Shown: positions 1 through 14,250, counted from the stretch's first letter. The stretch: 64,000 nucleotides of DNA from Octopus vulgaris (GCA_951406725.2 OX597814.1:90210001-90274000), one strand, 5' to 3'. Translations and numbers: made by a program. The notes: generated from the letters alone by a model not told the origin.

Positions 1-959
1 TGGTTTTTAATATGTTCTCATTATTGCTCCTTTAAGATTTTTCTTATCGCACACTATCCGAATTTCATGCATAAATATTCATTTCTCTTTTAAATACCAA
101 AATCTTCACTTACAAAAGTTGTTTCATAAATCTGTACCATATATGCATATTGACTAATACAGACACTCAGCTATACACACTATATAAGATAAGAGACAAA
201 TTACGGTGTCTGAGTTGTTTCAAGAATAGTATTGGTGAAAATGTTTACAAGGACGACTTACTGAATGTAATCCTTGAATTATTAAAGAACAGATAGGCCA
301 CGCATAGAACACTGTACATCATATGTCTGCTCGATAATGAAAAAAAACAGAGGCTATACCAACATCGTACTGGTCTTTATATTGTAGCAAGATATGATAA
401 ACGCAACAGGTAACAGATACATACTAATTTGCACACACACATACTAGTAGAAATAGAGAGAGAGAGAGAGCGAGAGGGATATATATAAAGAGAAAGAGAG
501 ATAAAGAAAGAGAGAGAGAAGGAGAGATTGCTTAGTGATTGCTCAAATTGATATAAATATCTATAAAATCATACACAAACCCAACCAAATAAATCGTTTT
601 CGAATTCTAGTTTCTTGTTTTTAAAAAAGATGATATAGTGGACATTACCTTATCTTATTTCTTAAATTTGAATGGTTTTTACATCGAATGGTACCATTTT
701 CTACGTATTTATGTAGGACGTAACATACATAGAGGTTAGATTTGGAAAGACACGTAGTCGCTCACAAGTGACAAAGGACTTAGCAGTTACAAGTAACCAA
801 CTTAATGAATTTACTAGCTATATCTGTTCGTACTCGTGACTACGAAGGCAATTCGAGAAAGCGTCCAAATTTCCAGGCTATATTTCCTTCTGAGTGACTG
901 CTAAGCTTTGTATGTATATGAGCCCGTGTAATCGCTTTTCAGTAGCCAATTTTATGCAA

Positions 960-1885
960 TTGATTTTTGGTGAAAGAGAGAGTTCGATATAACTGCATGC
1001 CTTTGAGTTTCTTGCTGTAATATAGGTTCATCTGGGAACTTGGACAGTAGGAGATCAAATTGTTCCTTGAAAATATGTACTCCTTACGCCATGGAGATCT
1101 AAATGTTTTTGCAAGGCATTAAATAACTGCTGGCCCTTGAATCTAATCTACTGCAGTACACAGTCCTCAATCTAGCGGGGATAGCTGAAACGTTTGGAAC
1201 AGTACAGTGACATCCAGTTCAGAAATTAGCATAGCTCTTGATGCCAAAGTTTAATATCAACCCCTCCAGGATCTTATATATGTATATCACTACATACCTC
1301 TCGCGTCTACACACCAGGGAGTGAAGTCGTAGCTCTTTCAGATAAATCCAGTAGCTCAGCAGTTCCATTGATACAATCTTCCTGATGTAGCAGCACTGAA
1401 CTGCCTCAAGTTCCGCTATTAATTTGACATTGTGTGGTGACCAAGGTTAAGAGCAGTAGTCCAGAACGGCTGAGAACAAATATCCTCAATAGCACTGACA
1501 TATTAATGGTCCCTTGTTGTGAGAGTCCTGAAAATCCATAGGGCCATTCGCCTGCAAATTACCATCATGGTAATATGTACGTGAAACGAGTCGTCGTTGC
1601 TCGTATCAATCTCCAGATCATGCAGTCTACTTAACTCTTTATTGTCACTCCTTTGTACGCAAAGTATCGTTGTTGCGGCATGTGAAAACTAGCTAGCTGA
1701 TAGGAGATTGCTCGGAATTTACTTGCATTAAATTGCATGGGTTTTTCTTCAGCCCATTTATCATCAAGATAGTTCTGTAGAAGATTAGCATCGGTGTGTC
1801 CCTTGACCGCTCGTACATAATCTGTGACGTCGGCATACCGAGTAAACATGACTGAAGGCATGTCTGAAAGAGCCACTTTAAACAT
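960..1885 (-). mobile_element. Old, decayed LINE RT 3' fragment (CR1/L2-group), related to the copy at 5372-6535
   Basis: ORF 1631-1885 reads LSDMPSVMFTRYADVT (YADDT-like) ... KWAEEKPMQFNASKFRAISYQ, parallel to RWGEDNNMQFNAEKFQALRYQ in the younger copy. Boundaries approximate. Confidence 0.75.
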
Positions 1886-1964
1886 ACAAACACAAATACT
1901 TATATGTATGGTTGAAGGTATGTATATTTCCCCTTATAACAGTGATATATACATACATGCATAC

Positions 1965-2024
<60 letters not shown>

Positions 2025-2513
2025 GTGTGTATATATATATATAGATATATAGATAGATACGTCTTTAAATACGTGTGTATTTGTATATGCACACACACAC
2101 ATATAACGGATATATGCATAATATCGATAGTAATATAAATGTATATATGTTAATACGTGTGTCCGTGTATATATACATATATCACTACAAATAGTACGAT
2201 TATCATGTTTCTTAAATATTTCATTCAAGTACAATATATAATTTATAGAATAGAATATTTGAGATTTGAAGATAGGCAATGTACTCATTTGAATATATTG
2301 ATTTTGCTTTAGAATATACATAAATTGTAGTTTGTTTTAAAATTACAATTTTTAAAATATATATTTGGGAATATATTACATATCCAAAGTTATGTACTTT
2401 GTTCAACAAACGAAATCAGCAATGCATATTTATATTGGCCTTAAGGAACTAACGGTCTAGCATTACAGTGCTTGAATATTTGGAGCGGTTACATACCAAT
2501 CTACCTACCTACT

Positions 2514-2563
<50 letters not shown>

Positions 2564-3127
2564 GAGAGAGAGAGAGAGAAAGAGGGATAATGAGAGAGAG
2601 AGAGAGAGATACACACACTTTTTATCTGAAATAAAACCTATTGGCGATGTGATTTAACTGATATTTACGAACACAATAATATTTTCGGTGTTGGTATATG
2701 TAATTGGTGTTTATTCAGATATCGTTTCATCCTTTCCTGATAACATTTGAGAATAGCGGCGGAATTTATTTGTCTGCACCCTTACCATCTGACCCACTGT
2801 GATCTGTCGGTTTAAATACTATAACAACTTACCTATATAGTTTGTAAATATATTTTGTAAATACATTAATCTCTATATTCCGTGGAAATTTTGCAACCTC
2901 ACTGTCTCACTCTGAGACTGCGGATCAAAGGGTTTTTAGATTTTCGGGATGTTACATTGGTACAGGGCGACCTCTTTATTACATGGATCTAAAATTCCAG
3001 TTTTAAGTTTGTTCTTATAAATGTGATAATGGTCTACGTCGTGTAAAGAACCTTTTTTCGTTGAAGTAATTCCGTGAAGGTGTCACAAAAAACTGTATGT
3101 AAATGTATAAACAAAATGCTTACGCAT

Positions 3128-3133
3128 CTGTCC

Positions 3134-3167
<34 letters not shown>

Positions 3168-3253
3168 TTATCTATCTAGCCATCCATCCATCCATCCATC
3201 CATCCATCCATCCATCCATCCATCCATCAATCCATCCATCCATCCATCCATCC

Positions 3254-3316
<63 letters not shown>
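3128..3316. repeat. Compound tetranucleotide microsatellite (CTGT)n(CTAT)n(CCAT)n(CTAT)n; representative of dozens of (TA)n, (CA)n, (TATG)n, (CTAT)n and (GA)n tracts in the window
   Basis: Directly visible. Confidence 0.95.
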
Positions 3317-3906
3317 AGTGTGTCTGTCTAATTATATGTATGTCTAGCTAGTTTGCTATCTGTCTAACCTGTCCATTTATCGCTCTATATAATTTGTGTC
3401 ATACATATTTAACATTGTGTGATTGCCTGTGTGTGTGTATGCGTGTCTATAGGTTTGTATGCAGTTTTTATGTGTGCATATATATACGAGAGTGCACATA
3501 ACCATATATTAGCACGGGATACGAAAAAACGGTACAGCGTGATATTTAAAGAAGTCTCGTTATCTCATGTTACATCCAGTTTCTCTACTTATCTTCCCGA
3601 GATCGATTAAATAAGCGGTAGATTAAGAACGCATTTTGTTTAAAAAAAAAAGGAAATCTAACATCGTTAGTGGTATTGTCCGAATATGACACTGTTTGAT
3701 GATTGAAATCTGTAAACTAATAAAATAATTTAATTTGAAAATAATTTCATTAATTTGATAAAATGTTAGCATTTATATCCTAATCATAGCAAAAATATCT
3801 TGTCAAGTTTAATAACTTTCATCGCATTCTCAAAGGAACTACCGTCACTCACTCATAATACATCAATAATATGTCAGGTAATATATGCATGTATGTGTAT
3901 ATGCAG

Positions 3907-3975
<69 letters not shown>

Positions 3976-4340
3976 AAATCAACATATATTTACAAATATA
4001 TGTACAATATGTATGTGTTTATATGTGTGTCTGTGTGTGAGTGTGGTATGTGAGCGTGTATCTGTAATGACATTACAATGCATCTATCATTTCGTAGGCA
4101 AAATCTCATAAAATTATCCGAATTTATATTATATCAGTGAATTTCATTTTTATATTGTGTAAAACTACCCAATATTTCAATATTCCATTAGACACAATTA
4201 ATTCAATTAATTATTTTATTTAAAATTTAAATAATATAGGAATAAATAAATAAATTCATTTAAAATATATTACTATTCGATGCACGTACAGAACGAACAT
4301 TAAATTTCCATGGTAATTTAAATATAAGACACACACATGC

Positions 4341-4414
<74 letters not shown>

Positions 4415-4978
4415 TTATTCAGTTTATTTCAAGATATCTTGCCAATAGAGAAAGAACCATTTTGTAACCTAGAGGCAAGCCTCCTACATTGGAATTTTAA
4501 CGTTAGTAACAGGGTATTTTTGTTTGTATGTATGTATATATATGTATGTATATGTATGTATGTATGTATGTATATATGCATGTATGTATGTATGTATGTA
4601 TGTATGTATGTATGTATGTATGTATGTATGTATGTATGTATGTATGTATGTATCCATGTACCGCAACACTTATTTTCCGTTTTGTTATGTTCTAAGGCAA
4701 TTGGGTACATATTTGCCATGTAAGCCAAGTATGCCTAGAAAGTCAAAATCATATGTATGTAAATATCTCTCTGAACCTGTGTGACTCCTTCTCTTTCTCT
4801 CTAAGACTCTCTCCTTGCCTCAAACCCAAACACATATATATGTATATACATAAGAGAGGCAATTATTTCTTTCGGAAATTATATACTCATAACCATAAAA
4901 AATATAACTATCATTCGCAGTGGTATGATTATCGTTTTCAATAAAATTACATAGGCATTTATCCATCTATCATTATAA

Positions 4979-5040
<62 letters not shown>

Positions 5041-5042
<2 letters not shown>

Positions 5043-5191
5043 TTTATTTAAAGCAGCAGAAAATTCAACAAAACCTGTTACTCTGAGTTTCCCATTGCCG
5101 TTCATCGGACAGTTTTTGCTAGAATCTTACTCTACCACTGGTATTTGAGTACACTTTTTTCCACCTTGTTTCACATTTATGTGGTTACTCC
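5041..5191 (-). mobile_element. Short PLE-type terminal element in (TA)n, internally inverted relative to its sibling at 14078-14207
   Basis: 5041-5112 matches 14147-14207 directly. 5128-5190 is the reverse complement of 14078-14142. Flanked by (TA)n on both sides. Confidence 0.7.
5075..5112 (-). ncRNA. Minimal type I hammerhead ribozyme motif, CCGAUGA core variant
   Basis: Minus strand: CTGT-CCGATGA-ACGGCAATGG-GAAA-CTCAGAG-TA-ACAG. Stem I CTGT/ACAG, stem III CTC/GAG, GUA triplet. Stem II is degenerate here but intact (ACG-GGAA-CGT) in the sibling at 14180-14207. Confidence 0.6.
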
Positions 5192-5236
<45 letters not shown>

Positions 5237-5238
<2 letters not shown>

Positions 5239-5340
5239 CTCTGCATTTAAATTGATGCAATAGTTGCATTGTTCAATTAAATGGAGTGGCATGAAACGAT
5301 CGTACTGCTTTACCTCTGGATATCCTTGTTGCTTATTTTG
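5237..5340 (+). mobile_element. PLE-type terminal fragment carrying the 3' half of a hammerhead
   Basis: A long hairpin (5237-5291) is followed by GAAA-CGATCG-TA (5293-5304; palindromic stem III, GUA). The CUGANGA half is missing at the (TA)n junction. Confidence 0.45.
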
Positions 5341-5371
5341 ATATATATATATATATATATACATATATATA

Positions 5372-6535
5372 TTTTTTTCTAGTTTCAGCTCAGAGCTGCG
5401 GCCATGCTGATGCACCGCCGATTTGTGCAACACTGTTATTGCGAAGAACCTCGTCTAATATGTGGCACTTGGTGAACAATGGAGTTTGATATAGCTACTC
5501 TCATTTGCACCTCTTGCCGTGATGTAGGTTTATCTGGGACACTCGACAGGAAGATGTCCAGCTTTGATTTAAAAACCGCTACATCTACTTTGTGCAAGTT
5601 CCTCAGACTCTTTGGGAGAATATTAAAAAGCTGTGGGCCCTTGAAACCCAGGCTGCTGCAGAAGCTGGTCCTGAAGCGTGATGGCATTGCTGGGATCTTT
5701 GGCACTATGCAGTGTCGTCCCGTTCTAGCATTGGTGTAGCTTACAATGCCAAAATTTAGCACAATTCCTTCCCAGACGTATATTACTGCATACCTCTCCT
5801 ATCTTCTCTCCAGGGAGTAGAGTCTTAGCTGTTTCAACCTTTCCCAGTAGCTGAGTTGTTGCAAAGAGACGATATTCTTTGTGAATCTTCTCTGGATTGG
5901 TTCAAGGTCTGCTGTTAATTTTACACTGGTGGGTGACCATAGCTGTGAGCAGCAATCCAGGCGGCTGAGGACGAAAGTCCGCCAGAGGACCATCATGGTT
6001 TGCTTATCTCTGGTTCTGAATGTTCTTAGGATCCATCCAGCCAGTCGTCTGCACTTTGTCGCCATCCTGGTAATGTGCACTTGGAAAGAGGTATCATCAC
6101 TCATGTCGATACCCAGGTCCCTCACAGACTTAGGCTCTGGGATTGAAATTCCCTGTGGACTGGTGTGCCCTGTAAGTTTAATATTCAGTTTTGGATGCTG
6201 GTAGCGCAGGGCCTGGAACTTTTCAGCATTAAACTGCATATTATTATCCTCACCCCATCTGTAGATTGAGTCCAACTCCTGCTGCAGGTGTGCAACATCG
6301 CTGGGGTTCTGTATTTTCTACGAGACTTTCGTATCTTCTGCATAGCTTGCCAGAGTGGCTATCCGGGCATTTGAGGGCATATCTGAGAGGGCCACTATAA
6401 AAAGCAGTTATCCGAAGACAGTGCCCTGTGGAACACCGCTCAGTATTTGTGTGTTCATAGATGTTGCTCCATTAACCACTACTGCCTGACTCCTATCTTT
6501 CAGGAAGTCATGTAACCACACTCCAAGTTTTCCAA
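5372..6535 (-). mobile_element. 5'-truncated LINE (CR1/L2-group): RT C-terminus, stop codon, 3' UTR hairpin and A-tail
   Basis: SGVPQGTV and YAEDTK motifs near 6330-6440. ORFs 5799-6275 (RDLGI, SQLWSP, LEPIQRRFTK, YWERLKQLRLYSLERR) and 5436-5762 (GPQLFNILP, FKSKLDIFL). Several stops and frameshifts. Confidence 0.92.
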
Positions 6536-7255
6536 ACAAAAGACGAAGACAGGTGTATGAACAATGCGCATGTGCATTAGTTTGACACTCTGTAAAAATG
6601 AAAAAGTCTTTTACGAAAAAGTCCTTTTAACTGTGAGGAATGAGAGAAAATAAACAGAGAAAAAATGAAAAAGCGGTCCAGTATGGTGATGATCGGAAAA
6701 AAAGTTTAAAAGAAAGGGAGATAATAATAAAAAGAGAACCTTGGATGAAATGTAGATAATAATAGTGCTAGTGATCCTAACAAGAGGAGTTGCATGTGCG
6801 TGTGTGTGTGTATGTTAGAATGTTGTTGTGTGAGGGTGTAGGTGTGCATGTGTGAGTAGGGGCTAGTGACACTGACCTGTGTGAGTGTCTGCGTGTGTAA
6901 CGCGTGTATGTGTTGTGTGTAGCAGATGATGTGTTCTTTTTCACGTGGTGCGTGCACATGTGTGTGTTTGTTGTATGTGTATGTATGTGGGCAAAAGTTA
7001 TCTTTTTCGATATATTTTGCCTTTGTTAATGCGTGTTGCCTTTGTATGTATATAATGTCTGTGTTCAGGTATTATTTACTTGTGTGGGTGTGGGAGTGTG
7101 TGTGATGGCGTGTGATGTGTGTTCACGTCGAAAGCGGGAAACCCGGGTGGCTCCTTTGCAAAGACAAATGTTGTAGCGGATATACGATAGAATGCAAATG
7201 GCGCGAGACCGGGGTGACTTTACCGAGTCTGATGTTTCGGAGGTGCTCCGCGAAA
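6536..7255 (-). mobile_element. Probable PLE-type repeat fragment with a (CA)-rich interior
   Basis: Low-complexity, purine-skewed terminal segment abutting the LINE 5' truncation point and ending at a TA tract. Family assignment is by resemblance only. Confidence 0.3.
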
Positions 7256-7269
7256 TATATATTTATATA

Positions 7270-7422
7270 TATAGGGTTAATCCAAACATGAAAACATAAA
7301 GAGAAAACATAACAACGCGAGGGCGTTGAACAAGTATAGTGTTATTGGACGCTCAGGAAAGGAAAGATCCAAGGAAGCTAAGACGGAGGAAAAAATTCGC
7401 CAACGATACACACGCGGTCACA
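7270..7422 (-). mobile_element. PLE-type terminal element, sibling of 47448-47685, lacking the hammerhead segment
   Basis: Shares TAATCCAAACATGAA...GAACAAGTATAGTGTTA...TCCAAGGAAG...TCGCCA with 47448-47652. The roughly 60 bp HHR-containing part is deleted between GGAAAG repeats. Confidence 0.7.
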
Positions 7423-7739
7423 CACACACACACTCGCACACGCACACACACACACAGACACAGACACAGACACAGACACACACACACAGACACACACACA
7501 TATACACATATATAAAACTATCCATGTGTTTATCTAATCTTTTTATCTGCCGTGCATACTAACAGCCTTGCATACTAATGGCCATATTGTACTCTTCTGA
7601 AGCGTAGATAGCGTACCATGAGTAATTTGGGCATTTGCATAAAAACTATTTGTGACACACGCACACACACTCACACACACTCACATATGTACATGCAGTA
7701 AATAGCCACATACATTAAATGGCAAAGTTAAACACATGA

Positions 7740-8060
7740 CACAGATATCCTTGCAAAGTTAGGATGCTCATCTATTCAGATGCATAGGAAAAGTCATGTT
7801 GTAATTATAGAAGAAAATAGGATTCCATTACGACTGTTTTACGGTGGACAGCAAAGTGTTGGCAGAAAAGCACGGAGAAGGTAAAGCGACTGCATAAAAA
7901 CGGCAACCTGAGGGATCTAATAATCAATGAAAAGAACTGGAAAGAACCAAAATCTGAGGGGAGGAAACTTGTAAAGAAAGCTTTTGAAACCTATGGAGGC
8001 CGTCGTCTTAAGCCAATAAGCTAAAACTTTGGCTTCGGAAAGGATGCCATCCGAACTGAA
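7740..8060 (+). mobile_element. Highly decayed RTE-clade LINE C-terminal fragment
   Basis: Broken translation resembles the RTE end: HVVIIEENRIPLRLF(Y)G ... NWKE ... RKLVKKAFETYGGRR. Confidence 0.5.
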
Positions 8061-8939
8061 GATTTTTTAACCCCGTAACATGGTTTGAAACAGGTTGCAA
8101 CAGAAAGTTGTTTCTACATAAAACCTACATACTTACATACATATACATATGCGTGTATTTATGCATGTATGTATGGATGGATGGATGGATGGATGCATGT
8201 ATGTATGTGTGTATGTATGTATTTGAGAGTTCAAGTAAATGGAAAATGAAAGTACTTTTAGATTTATAAGTTTTCGTTATTGTTTTCAATTAAGGAGAAA
8301 TATAACAATCAAGACAGTTTCAAACTTTCCTGGTTTTACATAACTTTATATGAATAAATATTCATTAGAGTAACCTTTGTTTTGTGAGATTACTTTTCAA
8401 AATTCATGGCGAATATAACTGATGCTAACTAACAGTACATGAGTAATTATAAAGGAAAATATGTTCTAATAAAAGCAAAAGTTCTCAAATGACCGGGGAA
8501 ACTATATTCCATCAAATTGACTCTAGTATTGGATAGTAATCATCTAGTGGATGTTGAAAGGCAACATCTGTGACTTGAGCATGAAATAAACTGAAAGGAA
8601 GAGCAGTGAATTCCCCAGAATGCATTCAATGATTAAACGCAAAAAACCCCTCTGACAGCACTCATTAAGAAATGTATTTCAGATATAAAGGGATACGTGT
8701 ATGCCGGAGGCTTTGCTCATATATACACCAACACATGAGTAAACGCATGAAGATATGTACTTACATATATGTGCATACGCATATACACCACACGCTCTCC
8801 CACATCAACACACCTATGTAATATTCACGTAAACATATATGTATACATATATATTTACACAAACACGTACATACTTATATATATTATATATATATATATA
8901 TAATATATATATATATATATAATATATATATATATATAC

Positions 8940-9007
<68 letters not shown>

Positions 9008-9125
9008 GTATATATATATATATATATACGTGTGTGTGTATATGTGTGTATGTGTGTGTGTGTGTGTGTTTGTGAACGTTACATTCAAAAATAAGTAGAT
9101 ACACAGCTATCATTACCATTTGTAC

Positions 9126-9198
9126 CTGTTTGCTTTCCATTTTATTTATCCTTTCGCATATTTTGTCAATATCATTCAATGTTATGTCTGCCACTAAG
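9126..9198 (-). CDS. Candidate isolated internal exon ([24 protein letters not shown]), helical or coiled-coil-like
   Basis: Minus strand: ttctgcaaattgtAG|CTTAGTGG...AAACAG|GTacaa, a 73 nt open frame. No partner exons identified. Confidence 0.25.
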
Positions 9199-10601
9199 CT
9201 ACAATTTGCAGAATTAGATACATAAATAGCGACGAAAATCATGATCATAAAATTTTAATGGCCAAAGAGGTTCAAAGAATATTTTGTTTACGTGAATTGA
9301 CTTACAATTCTGATACAAAAATAATAATATTATCTTTGTCAAAGGAATATAAACTTCAAAGTGGAAGTACCAATAATTTTGTAATCTATGCTTTCCTCTA
9401 AAGTTATGATACAATATCAAAATATCATTTCTTCTCTTCAGCAACATTAAAATATACACCCGCCTCCTTACAAGTAGAAACTTATCTACTCTATTTAGTG
9501 TTTAACATTAGGAATATATTTGCGTTTACTATCTAGCTTAACGTGTAGCTGCTTTGTTCTTAGTCGGAATGCAGTTATATTTAACGTATTTATAAAAGCC
9601 CATCATATATATATATATACATATTGCTTTATTAATTACAAATGCAATTAGGTCGAAGCATGTAATATCATATATATGTGCCAAGTGACTTTAATACTGG
9701 AATTATACATGTATGTGTGCATCTGTTCATGAGGTGCTACTTTTTCCTTAAAGTCACATAGATAAGAATCGTGTTTAACAAATTAGCTCCCCAGGAATCA
9801 CAGATTTCTGTGGAAAAACGTCTGGTGTAGCCCGTGTTAAATTATCTTTTAAAATATTTAGTCGGCTTCAGGGGTTCGAGTTTTGACATGCTGTTCAAAT
9901 ACCTTGCAAGGTATACCAATCCTTTGCAACATTATCCTTTGATGTTTTCAGGGGTTTACATAATACGAGATTTGATTGGGTCCGAGAAGCTTTATTTTTC
10001 AATTAAATGTATTAACGCCTTTATCTCCTAGGAAATTGACACCTTGAACACATAGCCCATGGTAAATTATATAAAAAAAGCTCTATGTACTTATGTATGT
10101 ATGTATGTATGTATGTATGTATGTATGTATGTATGTATGTATGTATGTATGTATGTATGTATGTATGTATGTATGTATCCATGTATGTGTGTGTATGAAT
10201 GTATGTATGCTTGTACATACCCACGTACATGTGTGTGCATGTGTCTATGTGTGTACATGGATGTAATATACTGGAAAAAAGGTTGAAGTGTGTCAAAGTT
10301 ATATATATACATTTATATCTGTTTAATTAAATCGCGCTTAACATTTTATCATGAGGACAAAACATTTTTTTCGATGTATTTATAAATATGAAAATTAAAA
10401 TACAAAGCTACACTTTCACTGAATAAAAGTATATTTTGATCCAGGTGAAACTGAGTCTCTTGACAAAGTCCTAGGTCTTCAGATCGAGGATTTTGATTTT
10501 GTGTGTCTCAATTTATGTATGCGTGTATGTATGCACAAACGCACACACACACGTAAATATACATATACACACATCCATCCATGTATCCATACATGCATGC
10601 T

Positions 10602-10658
<57 letters not shown>

Positions 10659-11479
10659 ATAACGGTTTTCTTTCTACAGCAATAAAGAAAATAAGAGCTG
10701 AAAGGAGGCCTCCGCTAGCGCTAACACCCCAACATCAGCACCGCCGAGAAAGGAAACGACATCTAAAGCAACCACGTATATCACAACAGAATGCAATCTC
10801 GTCAACTATTATTGCAGCACATACTACAAGATTGGAAGCAATACTAATATTATCATCAGTAACAAAGATCCTTACAGTAGGAACTACAGCAACAAAGAGA
10901 ACAGAATAAACACAACGAAGGCATGTTTCGGAAAGCGAAATTTTGAAGCAAATAATATAAATAAATATGTAAGATTGACAGATGTAGTGAGACGCATTAT
11001 GTGTGTCGTAAACTTATGTTGTAACGTTGAAAGTATTTCTTCTCGTTAAGTTAATATATGCTACGATATATCCAATCAAATATAAGCTCTGCACGGAGAA
11101 ATGCTACGCAATTTCATGCTTATATATCTTATAACTTTCAAATATTATAACTCACAAGTATTTGAATAATTTATTCAGTATTTATTGTTTTCTCTTATTC
11201 GTTTTTGGAATATATTAAATTGTAGATACGTGTGATGTTTCGAATTTACATGTCAGTTTGTGAACTGCAATGTAAAAGAATATAATACGTGCAATGATAT
11301 ATAATGCAGTATAATTGGAAACAAGGTTCTAACACTATAAAAAGAAATTTGTATTCTTCGTTCGGCTATATGAACACGGAAACGTTCGAACACACATATA
11401 CGTAATAGTGCAAATTTAAAAACATGTATATGTCCAAGTAAACATACCTTTATATATACATACATTCACGTGTATATAT

Positions 11480-11534
<55 letters not shown>

Positions 11535-11539
11535 AATAT

Positions 11540-12260
11540 AATATATATATATATATATAGGATCTTTCTTTCTCTCTCTCTCTCCTCCCTTATTCCCCCT
11601 CCTTTCTTTCCCTCTCCATCCGTTTCCCCCCCCTTCTACGTTTCTCTATCTCTCTCACCTCCAGCCCCCTCGATCTGTCTCTTTCTTCTCCTCCCTCGTC
11701 CACCTTCTCTCTCTTTTCATCTGTCCCTTTCTCTTGTCTTTTGTTCTCACGTGACCGCTAGCCGCTGTTGAACGCTCTTTTCGTTCCAGCAGCCGTTGAA
11801 GCAACACGTACTTGTTCGTCTCCCTGTGGCCATTAGGTACAACTTCATAAGCTAGCCCCATGCTCAATTCGTCCTGTCGAAAGACCCTTGTCCTACGTCC
11901 TGGTTTTGTTTTGTTGTTTATTCTTTATACTTTATTTTTACCGTTATTGTTTTACGTTTTTGTATTCTTATTGTTGTCACGTATTCTGTATTTTTGTTCG
12001 TGTACTTCGTTCGTTTTCCGTCCTCGTGTTGTATACATTCGAAGCTTTCTTCCAGGGGATCTAATGCACTTGGCTTAGATTTCCCGTGGCGGGCTGGCCA
12101 TATCGGAGCAATCTCAAGATTAATCAGCCGAAATTGCTAAGATGATCTGGTTCTTGACTGATGACTGAGGGCTTCGAATGTCCCGTCCTGTGGTTCTTGT
12201 GTCGTCTCTGTGGCGTTTCATGTTCTTGTCCATGTCTGTAATTATTTTTACTGTTTACCT
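11540..12260 (+). mobile_element. Interspersed repeat between (TA)n tracts, probably a PLE 3' region with a structured end
   Basis: Flanked by (TA)n on both sides and pyrimidine-skewed. A long imperfect hairpin is closed by CATTCGAAGC (12036) / GCTTCGAATG (12180). Confidence 0.45.
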
Positions 12261-13158
12261 ATATATAGATATATATATATATATACACATATATACATAT
12301 ATGTGTGAGTGCGTGTGTGTGTGTGTGTATATATATGTGTGTCTGTGTGTGTATGTATGCGCATACATACATTTATATGAATATTTATATATGTTCACAT
12401 AGGTATACATATATTCATTCATATGTAAAGATATGTATATATATATATATATATATGTAAATATATATATACATATATGAGGGTGTTTCTATATATGTAT
12501 ACATATAAGTATGAACTCGCATCAGTGTGTATACATATATCTATACACACCTATAAATGAACAGACACATATACATGCACATATATAAGGAGGGCAATAA
12601 TTTATTTCGAAAAATTATCTCTCATAATAAAAAAAAATATAACAAATATCATTAGTGGTAATCTGACTATCATTTTCAATAAAATTACTTATGCAATATA
12701 CGTGTATATTAATATGTCTGAGTCTTTGTGTGTGTGCATACGTGCGTGAGTATACATAGATATATTTGTACGTAAACACCCACATATATATGCACCCCTG
12801 ACATTGTGTGATTTGAAAGCTTGCTGACGTCAATGCGCAAAATAATATGTAATCACCTACGAAACATATATGTATGGTGGTTTTGTAACAGTTTGTGGAA
12901 TATATCAGTGTTACTGTTCATTATGCTTCAATCTCCCTTTTGAAGTTTCCTATTGGCCATAAACACTTTTACTTTCTAAACATCCCACAGAAACATACAT
13001 ATATACACACACTCCCTTCCTCTTCACACATACACACGTGTGTATATTTGTATTATCATGTACACATTACGTAAATGCGTGTATTAGTTTATATTCTCCA
13101 TTCTTTGAAATGTGTATATATATACAGATACAAAGATATATACTTGCATGTATATATG

Positions 13159-13208
<50 letters not shown>

Positions 13209-13228
13209 CAGGACACATTTATGTTATA

Positions 13229-13288
<60 letters not shown>

Positions 13289-13831
13289 TAGATAGATATA
13301 GATATATATGCCTATCTACGTATCTATCTGTATGTGCCTGTGTCTGTGTCTGTGTGTGGGCATGTATATGAATGTATATATATGAGGCATGCAATATAGT
13401 GTTACATGTTTTTCTAGTTTATGTTTTCAAGATGTCATTCGTTCGTGAGATATTCTAGGTGACCAAAGATATAGCTTTCCTTCTCAGCCGGCATGACTTT
13501 GCCGTACGAATAAATACATACCCGTAAACATATGCGCATATATATTACACACGTAATCGTACACACACAGTCAAATAAAGATATATATATATATGCACAC
13601 ACTCACATATCTATAATTTCTAAACTATAGGACTGTGATAATGTGCTGAACGTAACTGAATGATCCTTCGGGTATTGTTTGGCTGTATGTTACATATATA
13701 TAATTCAAAACATACAGAAGCATTAATATACCTCTTTCCATCTGTTTCGCTTTATCGATCAGTCTTTTTCTCCCGATATCTGTCTCCTGTCACTCTCTCT
13801 CACCATCGCTATATACATACGCGTATATATA

Positions 13832-13873
<42 letters not shown>

Positions 13874-13943
13874 CAGGTGGTGCTATTAAGTTAGACATGG
13901 CCTGGGCCAATACTGGCCAAAACCTTTATAAGTTATTCTAATT

Positions 13944-14250
<307 letters not shown>

